Origin: Octopus vulgaris
Lineage: Eukaryota
Length of the DNA: 64,000 bases
Direction of reading: 5' to 3'
Assembly (NCBI GenBank): GCA_951406725.2
Contig: OX597814.1
Span: forward strand, 116,436,001 to 116,500,000
Positions 53,763 through 64,000 of the stretch are shown one piece after another; the first letter of the stretch is position 1, and each line of letters begins with the position of its first letter. Below the pieces are notes generated by a model, which saw only the letters and a list, made by a program, of their open reading frames with translations, was not told the origin of the DNA and ran no database searches. The position numbers were made by a program, and so were the translations under genes.

Positions 53763-54984
53763 AGTGGTTCTAGTCGTGACACTTCTCACTTTTTCGTTGT
53801 CCAATCTGTGTCTCCTATCTTAAGACATTAATCTGTAGACTGCGTGAAAGTTAGTTGCTATTTTTAGTGATTGGGAAGATCATGTGGAAGCCTCCTCTAT
53901 GGTTGGAAGGGCTCCGTCTGTTCTGAGATTCGTGCTGGAGCTACAATATCCTGTGACATACCTGCTTAAACTAAGAGAAGAAGAAAACTGAAGCAGTCAA
54001 CTTATAATAAACAACAAAAATGGAAATTCATGCAAATAATACAAATATTTGCTTTCCATTGATTAGTCATTTGACTGTGGCCCAGCTTGAGCAGCATTTT
54101 CATGTGTTTTAAAATGTCACATCAATCATAACACTAATTTCAGTCTTCTTTTTATTATCGATATCCATCAAATAGTTAACTTACTTTTTGACACACAGTA
54201 TATAAACCAACATACAGGTTTACATCATTATATACAATCACACTCGTACATAGGCACAGATTAACGCACACAAACATGTATTTACTCATATCTGTGCGCA
54301 CGCGCATCTATGTGTGTGTGTGTGTGTGTGTGTGTTTGTAAACATGGTGGACATCCGCGCAGTTTGTCAATTAAATATCATTTGTAATGAATTTCCAACG
54401 CAGCCGAAACAAATCTAGAACCATTTGTTTGCCAAGAGGTCCTCTCTACTTCAAACTTGTTATAAAATATTGTTTGCGAAAAGGATCAAAATGCAAGTTG
54501 ATAGATTATTGAATTAAGGAAGCAGGATTCTTTTGAATAAAATTATCGCCTTGAATATCATGAACTAACAAGGAACATAAATTTCGTAGCTCATCGTGTA
54601 AAGTAGAGCATAAAATAATATGAAAAACAAAAACTTAAGAGCATCGTACCGTGTATAATTATATGCTCAATTATACATTAGCACACATTCTTACATAAGA
54701 GAATTTTAATTCTGCAACAAAGCTTCTACTGTAAACATTGTAGGAATTATCATGTATGATAATGGTATAACAATTTTATTAGTAAGAAAAGGAATACAAA
54801 AAAGACACAAGGAATTTGAAACCAGTAAATTATGTTAACACACATATTGTACCGCACCATTAATATATAAAATATGGTAGGAACAAATTACTTGAAATCA
54901 TCATTTCAAATTTTGGCACAAGACCAGATATTTCAGGGGAGGGGTAAGTCGATTTCATTGACCCAGTGATAAACTGGTACACTT

Positions 54985-55372
54985 TTATTCTTTTATTTGT
55001 TTCAGTCATTTGGCTGCGGCCATGCTGGAGCACCGACTTTTGTCGTGCAAATCGATCCCAGGACTTATTTTTTGTAAGCCTAGTACTTATTCTATCGGTC
55101 TCTTTTGCCGAATCGCAAAGTTACGGGGAAGTAAACACATCAGCATCGGTTGTCAAGCGATGTTGGGGGGACAAACACATATACACATATATATATACAT
55201 ATATATGACGGGCTTCTTTTCAGTTTCCGTCTAACAAATCCACTTAGAAGGCTTTAGTCGGCCCGATGCTATAGTAGAAGACACTTGCCCAAGGTGCCAC
55301 GCGGTGGGACTGAACCCCAAACCATGTGGTTTGTAAGCAAACTACTTACAACACAGCCACTCGTGTGCCTAT
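54985..55372 (-). mobile_element. SINE family A inserted into an older SINE B (54900-54985 and 55373-55470)
   Basis: SINE B halves on both sides of a complete SINE A. Confidence 0.85.
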
Positions 55373-58300
55373 GGTATTTATTTTATCAATCCAAAATGGA
55401 TGAAAGGCAGCGGGATTTAAATTCAAGGCGTTAAGACCGATGACATGCCGCTAAGCATTTTGTCCAACATGCAAACACCATTAATATTGATAAATATGTT
55501 TGTTAGAACTGAGTTCGATTCCTATGCACATGTTTGTTGGTCAGAAGAACAATGATAATGGCAGGCGTAGAATATGTAAACTTTGAACAGAATTTCAAGA
55601 GAATAATTCTTATATAGACTTAAATATTCGTCTATTTCTCACCACCCGATTGAATTTTATAACTTTGATTTCAAAACAAAGACACTCACTTCCTCTCTGT
55701 CTTGTTTTCTCTCCCCTCTCCCTCCCTCTTCCGTCTCCAGCTTCTGTTTCTAAGATGCCTCAATAAAATTCACTAATTTTATTTTTACCTCCTATTCTTG
55801 CTAAAAGGCTATACGTTTTAGACCATTGAACAAGCCCTGTTATCCACTCGCTACATCAGCAGATGACAATTACTTCTGTTCACGTCTAAAATGATATGAT
55901 TAATTACAAATTCAGCGGGATACGAACTCAGTACGTAGAAGAACATAACCCAATACAACTAAATAATATTGTCTGAAGCTCTACTAATTCTTTGAATCGA
56001 CCTCCCTTACATCGTTAATTATAAGCGGAAGATAATGAATTATATTTCCGAATTAAAACAATCAACCAACTTATGCTTATACAGGAGCTGGGATGTTTAT
56101 AACGGCAATAATTTATATAAATGTGTCTACTCATCTATATTCTCTTACATCATGTCATAAAGCTCTTTTTGTAAACTTTGAACATATAATCTATAGCATG
56201 GAGAATTATGTTCCTTGTAGTTATTCCATAACTGCTGTAGAATGTCAGAAATATTTACGCAGCAATGTAATCTCCAGAAAACTGATGCAAAGAACTTGAT
56301 AACAAAAATGACAACAACACGCAGATTATTTGGCTTTATTTCTTAATAGTTGTATGCATTCAGTTTTAATGTGGCCATTAATGATGTACATAAAATGACT
56401 AGCACAGATTGGAATCGACGTTTTCTCGAATATTCAGCACGTCCGAGAATTCACCGATGCTTCATGGCACCTAATAACAATGTTAAGTGTGTGCTTAAAA
56501 ATAGTCATTCTACTTACAAGAAATAATAGGCCGACCATCCCTCAAATTACACTCTTGAATAGAGAAATGCATTAGATAATGTAGTCTTATTAACCGCTAC
56601 AAAAACCATAGGCTGCAGCTAGAATGGCTTTGATCATACGTCTGCTTGATTAGAGCTAACCTGGGTCAAAGCAATAACAAAAAGAACAGTATTACAAAGT
56701 ACTAGTTTCCTTTAATGTAACCAAACAACTAGAAATTAAGAGAAATAGTTTTCAAATAGTTATTAAGTCTGATTTCTTTGATAAGGACGAAATCAGGATA
56801 GAAACCATATGGCAGATTCTCTTCACCTACTGTCTGTTTTTTCTCTGACGCAATCACTGTAATATTTGATTAAGTAGAAAAAGGATAGTTAAAAAGAAGA
56901 TAAAAAATAGAAATTCTGAGTTATGTTTTCAGACAATTCGGTCAGACAAAGCGCAGTTACACGGTTGTAGTTATTACTGCGTGGTTAAGATGTCCGCTTT
57001 GCTGCCATACGTTTTTCGGGTTCCATCCAACAGCGCAGCATTTGAGACAATTGGAAGTATTGCTTTTTTCCTTTACTGTATTTATTACATGTGGTAAGTA
57101 TGTGATGAGAGCAAGATTCCAGAGGAACAGAGTACATAGAAGCTACTGTAAATATTGAACTGAAAGAGCTGAGACCTAAGATATGTCTATACCCTCTATG
57201 CAGGGCAAATGATTGTGCACTAGCTACTACAGCGGGTAGAAGGGTTAATTGCTCATAGGATGAACTTAGTGAAACAGGAGAAACCGTCATTGAATCTGAC
57301 TAACTGGAAGTAATTGTTGCTGATATTCATGTGATGCTTAAATGTTTGTATAATGCAGTAATTACAGATTTTGCATTTCAGAAAGACGTTTTGAAAATAC
57401 CTTGCAGCATAGACAGTATATATGGGTGAATAATGCAGCAGAGACGATTTAAGTCTCAGACAAGAATACATTTGTGGCTTGCATTCCAATCAAAACTGCC
57501 TTGTAGAATTCAGTTTGAATCTATGTATGCGTTTATTGGTGTAGAATAAGAGTGATGATTGCTGATGAGGAATATGGAAATTTTGAACAAAATTTCATGC
57601 GAAACTTAGAATAAATTATCTAGACATAAGTTACCATCCATTTGAATTTTCTTTCTTCGATTTCAAGTACGCATCACCTTCCACTCACCCGTCTCTCTTT
57701 TTCTATGTTCTAAACCATCTCAATCAAATTCACAACATTATTTCCCTCCTAATCTCTAAATAAATATTTTTTCCTCAGATTTTCCTGGCCCTCGTTTTAC
57801 TGTTTCTTCACTCGTCGTCCACCGATTGTTTTAGTGTAGATATTCATACCGTGTTCAACTTAATATATCCATTACAACAAATGGAAGTTCTTATTCTTCA
57901 GTAGTCTAAGAAGATGTTCTTACGATACATCAACATATACTTTAACTGAGATGCAACCAGAATTATTTAGAATAATAAAAAAAATTGAAAACAAAAAGAA
58001 AAACACAGTGACTTACTGGATTATTTTGTTTTTCATATGACAATCAGTAAGTATTTTTTTTAATATCATAAAAAAATACTTTTCATATGTTTTCTGCTTC
58101 AGTTTTCAAAATATTTTTTTATCAATATTTTCCTAGTTATATATTATAGTTCGCAGCTGTTATACACAATACTACACAGAAAAAAGTTCACCTAGAGAAA
58201 TGTATATACATACATATATATATATAATCACATAACCTACTCATATAAACAAACATACTCACACACTAGAAGTATTGATATATTGCATAAACTACTCTAC

Positions 58301-58556
58301 GCTCTTGTAAACATGATTTCTATAAGATCACATACACAAATGTATATAACGCATAGACACGCGCAATCACACACACTTGTATTAAACACATATACACACA
58401 CATACACACATACACATAATGTGCTCCTTACCATACAGGAAGCTGACTGGATAATGATACTCTATGCGGAGATCTCAATCATACAATAATAGTTACGTAT
58501 CGAACTGCATACAAAAATATACACATATAAATACACATGCATGGCAAATAAACAAA

Positions 58557-58905
58557 CAGGCGTGGGTGTGTGGTAAGAAGCTTGCTTGCCAACCATATGG
58601 TTCTAGGTTTAGTTCCATACCGTGGCACATCGGGCAAGTGGTTTCTACTATAGACTCGGGCCGACCAAAGCGTATATATGTGGAGGGGTTGGTCGGATGT
58701 CGATGTTTTTGTTGTTTGTGTTTGTCCTCCGCCACCGCTTGAATATCAGTGTTGTGTTACGTCCTTGTAACACAGCAGTTTGGCAAAGAGTCCCTTTGAA
58801 TAAGCACTTGGCTTGAAAAAGTACATCCGACAACTACATTGTTCGACTAAAGACCTACAAGATGATGCTCTAGCATGGCCAGTAAAATAACTGAAACAAT
58901 AAAGG
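58557..58905 (+). mobile_element. SINE family A, diverged
   Basis: AGGCGTGGGTGTGTGGTAAGAAGCTTGC..CTAGCATGGCCAG..ACTGAAACAA. Confidence 0.75.
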
Positions 58906-59260
58906 AAAAAAGATAAAAGATCATACATACTTCTACATTCACATATCTGTATATACATCAGCAACTATACCAATCGGTTTCCTACGAGGAGTTGAGTTAA
59001 GCCAGGCACAGGGATAAGGGTAAAAGCAACTGTATGGTGCCGATTATTTGAATAACATAGACACTCCATTGGAAATATATGCTGATTTTTTGCCTGTGAC
59101 ACGGATTTTCGAGGACTATACATACATACAAATGTATGTATGTGTGTATGTATGTATGTATGTATGTATGTATGTATGTATAAATATATATATAGATATG
59201 TATGCATGTATGTATCTATCGATCGATCTTCCTACCTACCTACCTCTCTACCAACCAATA

Positions 59261-59379
<119 letters not shown>

Positions 59380-59409
59380 CTATCTGCCTACCTACCTACC
59401 TACCTATTT

Positions 59410-61203
59410 GTCGAAAATTGTGTCCAAGGTGTTAGCCAAGAGGTTGGTGCTTGTCGTCGACAAACTGGTCGACAAGGCGCAAACGCGTGCCGTTGCGGGC
59501 CGGAGCATCCATGACAACCTCCATCTGATGCGCTACATCATACACAGAGTAGTTAAGGAACCTGGCATAGTTGGGGCCCTGATCAATTTGGAACAATCCA
59601 AAGCCTTCGATTGGGTAGACGATCGATACTTGGAGGCTGTCCTCATAGCGGCTGGTTTTGGTCCCGTCTTCCGCGGCTGGAAAGATGCCTTTTACAGAGG
59701 CATCCGTTCGGTAATTCGCGTGAATGAACATCTATCGAGACCTTTCGACATTGCACGTTCAGTCCGTCAGGGATGGCCCCTCTAGTCGCTTCTGAACGTA
59801 TTTACTCTCGAGCCACTACTGCCGAAGCTGGCGACGCAGAGGGGCATCCCACGAAAATTGGGATGCTTGACGAGCGTGTCCGCATACGCGGACGACATCA
59901 CTGCCATAGTGTCTAGCCAGAAGCACATCGGGCTGGTAGGAAGACACTGAATGACTACGAAGCGGTAACAGAAACGAAAAATCAGCCTGGAAAAGTCAGT
60001 GGACTTGCAGCTTGGCACCTGGAGAAACAAGCCCATGCCGTCCACCAACGACTCCGTCGTGGGACGTTGGATCGACGGTTCGGTCGAGTTGCTTGGCATC
60101 TGGTTTGATCTATACCTCCAAACGGAGAAGAACTGGAAAGAGATAACGAGTAGGGTGGCCACTCTCGTCCGGCAATGGGCCGAGAGGAAAGTGTCCCTAA
60201 AAGGCTGGGTGTAGCTGGCGAATACGTACATCGCGTCAGTTATCTACAACCGCCTGACCGTCGTACCGAGTCCCGCCCCTACCATCACCACTCTGGAACG
60301 CATTTTGTGGAAAGGAAGCGTTCCGATGGTCAGGCGATCAGTTTGTTGCCAACACACTTTAAAAGGAGTGCTGGGCATGCCATTCATGGTTGATGATGAG
60401 AAACGCGCTGAGATTGCGACATTTCCGGTTCTACGTAGACGACGGTGAACAGGTGTGGTGACCGTTTGTGTGGCGCTCTTTCCCGCACCTCGTCCCCATG
60501 AACGAACTACAGTCGTGGATCAAAAAGAGGCCAAGGAAGGGCGAATGGCATCGTGAGTATCGCGTTGCTCTCGGGCCAATATGCCGTCCAGGGTCGACCT
60601 TGAGCGACTGCATCACAACAAAAGCATTATTAGTGGAGGGGAGATACGACGACAATCTCGGGGCGAACTTGGGCGTCGACGAGGAATACCTGACCCGCCT
60701 GTTCAAGACGACTTTCGGGCCAGGACCTATGGGCAACTTCCATAAGCTCTACAGGCATCATTCGAGAAACATGGGGTCGACCTGCCCGTGTTCCGGTCAG
60801 AGCGACGAAACTGTTCTGAACGCACTCGTTCAGCGTCCAGCCATTTCCGACCTGTGGGCTTATGTCGGACGACCGCTATCGCGTGTGGAACGAGTCAGTT
60901 TATCAACCGTGTCTATCGTGAATATTGTCGCGCCTCCTTCCTTGAAACGGGAAGGAAGAGCCATTTTCATCGTACATGTGGCTATGGCAAAAAAAATGTG
61001 TATGTAGGACGCGTCTGAAATGTTTAGAGACAAACACTTTTCTTTCGGGTGAACCTTTCATCAACATCTTCAAGTATCACTTTAAGAGGAACGTGCCAGT
61101 AGAGAGGGAAGTTAGGTCTTGTGAATGTTTCAATAAAAGATGGGTGAATGTCGCAAGGATACCACGTGTTAATGACGGAGCGACCTTGAGCATAATTCTA
61201 TGA
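59410..61203 (+). pseudogene. Tx1/L1-clade LINE ORF2 fragment (RT and C-terminal region), decayed
   Basis: KIVSKVLAKRL, GRSIHDNLHLMR, INLEQSKAFDWV, SVRQGWPL, SAYADDIT, LLGIWF, CPCSGQSDETV; stops and frameshifts. Confidence 0.9.
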
Positions 61204-61204
61204 T

Positions 61205-61378
61205 ATATACGACGGACTTATTTCACTTTCCGTCAACCAAATCCACTTACATAGTTTTGGTCAGCCCGAGGTGTGTAATAAGAGACTACACATGACCAAC
61301 GTACCATCCATTGCAACTGAACCCGGAAAGAGGTGGTTGGGAATCCAGCTTCTTGCCACACAGCCACGTCTGCGCCTA
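61205..61378 (-). mobile_element. SINE family A, 5' half
   Basis: ACGACGGACTT..CCAAATCCACT..ACTGAACCCGGAA..CCACACAGCCAC. Confidence 0.75.
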
Positions 61379-63570
61379 TACATGTATGGTCGTTCTGCGC
61401 GAGTGCACACACGCCCACACACATACATAACATGGTTAGGAAAAAAAGACATATGTTACATATACGAATGCATATATAAACTCACAAATATACGATTCTA
61501 TAAAGACACACAAGTTTTACAAACTTGCTTCTTTGTTTATTTTTGTACAAATTTGCGTGAAATAAGCTTTGGCAAATAAGAAATTCGCATGATTTCTTTA
61601 AAAAAAAGGATGAAGAAACAATGACATCCAGCATACAAATCACATCATACATCATACATACATTCAACATCGATTTTAAAAACTGTGTGTTTACTGTGTT
61701 GCACATTATTTTCATAAGCTCGTCTCCCTTTGGCATTTTCATGCATGTCTGTAGATATATATAGCAAATCTCCATGTATGCATGTGTATGTACTTATACG
61801 CGCACACTCACACACACACACACGCACACAGATATACGTGAGTTGTATCTTTTTATCTTAAACTCAAACATATATACATACATCTACTGCATAGGTGCAT
61901 AAAGATGTGTGTGTGTGTGTGCATATAGATGGAGACAAGCATACATATATACATACATATGTATGCATATACATAAATATGTGTGCATATACATACAGGC
62001 AAACATACAAACATACATACATACATACATATACACACATACACACACACATACACACACACACTTATATATATATATATATATCTTGGAAGACCGATTA
62101 TAGCAGCGACTCCATCTAAGAATATCTGAAGAAGGAATTGTATTCCGGAATATCATCGGTCTATGGATAAATAAATTACAACAGATATATGGTCCATTTT
62201 ATTTTATATAATAGTGCATTGTTATACCATTCAAAACTTTTTGTTCTTTATATCTTTTTAAGTATATAATTATAAAGACATAATTATAATTACGGGCGCT
62301 GGAATGCCAGCGTCTAGACGCTAGAACTAGATATCAAAAACATATAATCCACTCTAAGTTTGTTCTCTATTTATAAGCACAAGTAGAATGCGAGGTAATG
62401 AGTAAGAAGATTTACAAAATTTTGGATTATCATATATCTTAAGATTTCGTGCTCTGTAATAAAAGTTTTTTTACACTCCTCAGTAGTGATATACGAACAA
62501 CATATAAGCGAAAAATACATATACATACCGATAGATTTTTGTGTATAGATGCCAATATAAACATGCATTTCTCGCGTATACATTACATCTAATCGCCCAT
62601 CTCAGCCATGAGGTTAATGTCAGAAATCGTACAGGGTAAATAAAGTGCCGCAGCATGACATAATGAATAGAGAACTCAAAATTTATACATATAGATTGAG
62701 AGTATAGCGTATAAAAACCGACTGAGAAATTAAGAAATCTACATAAAAACGAACTAGAGATCCTCCTCTCGACAATAGTAGATGAACCAATGGCTTGACA
62801 TGGGGTAGAGACAAGGGAAAAGTAATCAAAAACTTTCATATACCAAATGGGCCAGCAGCTGGGACAAAGTCACATTCTGGATTGGCGATGTGAATCCCCA
62901 CACCAGCCTGAGGAAATCACCCGAAGAGTAATCATAAGTAATGATGCAAAACTACGGTGGTGCTCCAGCATGACCACAATCGGCTGACTGAAACAAGTAA
63001 AAGAATGAAAGAATATATATATTCCTTCACACACAGACTCACACATTAAAGGCATAGTTGTCTTAGGATAAGATCAGCATGCATCATGGTTGTAATGTTC
63101 TAAGTGACAAATTTGTTTGAGGTCTGCAGAATAATTTTCCAGCGAACTAAATCTATCAGATATCATTGTTTCTGACGCTAGAGAGATATATAGATAGATA
63201 GATAGATAGATAGATAATTTCCACTTATCGTCTCTGAGAAGCATTTCGTTTCAAATCACACAAAATCTCTTGCCCCAACTCAACGAAGTTCATTCTGCGT
63301 GTGCTAAATTCCTGCTATCTGTTTGAAGACAATAAAGCTCATGCTATGTTGATAAACATCCAACTAGGTTGTCGAAGTTCCAGAATTTTCTCCAATTGTC
63401 TAAATAAAGAAGGGATTTGTTTTTCCCTAAGCATGTAAATTTAATCACAAATTCTCAATTTCTTGAACCGATCATTTCTTTTTCTTATACAGGATAAGTA
63501 TTGTTGCTACGCTTTTGGTCTTTTTAACTTCGACCGAGTGTTATATCTTACTAAATTGTAATTTATCGTA

Positions 63571-63849
63571 ATAGGAAGATATGTGTGAATATATCAGGGG
63601 AAAGAGCCAGGGAGGAGATAGGTGTCAAGTATTTACATCTATATGTGTGCTTGTGAGTGTGTGTACGTGCGCCTGTGTCAATACTCACACAAGCGTGTTA
63701 TACACACATACATTCACGCAGGTACACACAAAAACACAAGCACACAGGCGCACGTACACACACTCACAAGCACATATATAGATGTAAATACTTGACACCT
63801 ATCTCCTCCCTGGCTCTTTCCCCTGATATATTCACAAATATCTTCCTAT
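63571..63849. mobile_element. foldback/MITE with ~107-bp inverted arms
   Basis: ATAGGAAGATATGTGTGAATATATCAGGGGAAAGAGCCAGG.. (63571-63678) mirrored at 63743-63849; TA on both flanks. Confidence 0.8.
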
Positions 63850-64000
63850 TATTCTGATTCTCCGTAGTATTCATACTTTCGTTTGCACTACCCGTTCTAT
63901 TTACCACCTCGGTCAAGTTGTGTTTTTTTTTGGTCTTACATCGTACATGATAACTCCTCTGTTGTTTTGTACATTCTGTGAAGTGGTGACGTGTATATAA

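Overview
AT-rich eukaryotic DNA saturated with microsatellites. The repeat families resemble those of octopus/coleoid cephalopods; this is inferred from pattern recognition, not a database search. No host protein-coding gene can be called with confidence, and nearly all listed ORFs are translations of (TA)n/(CA)n/(TAA)n tracts. The real coding remnants are retroelements: three Penelope-like (PLE) pieces with RT and/or GIY-YIG domains (9.0-9.9 kb, 36.8-39.6 kb, 43.6-48.1 kb), four 5'-truncated R4/Dong-type REL-endonuclease LINEs sitting in (TAA)n tracts, a decayed CR1-type LINE, two Tx1/L1-type pieces and an RTE 3' end. There are also three abundant tRNA-derived SINE families, a non-autonomous Helitron and MITE/foldback elements. 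The most notable hidden layer is about a dozen minimal type-I hammerhead ribozyme motifs with a palindromic helix III, including U3:A8 and U6 core variants, at the 3' ends of PLE-related elements. One such element is a head-to-head palindromic unit (tRNA-like Pol III head, (TAA)n, hammerhead tail; 32.47-35.71 kb) whose two internal TAA tracts were invaded by TAA-targeting LINEs. Many TA-embedded inverted repeats share an 'inverted 5' copy + spacer + longer 3' arm' architecture.
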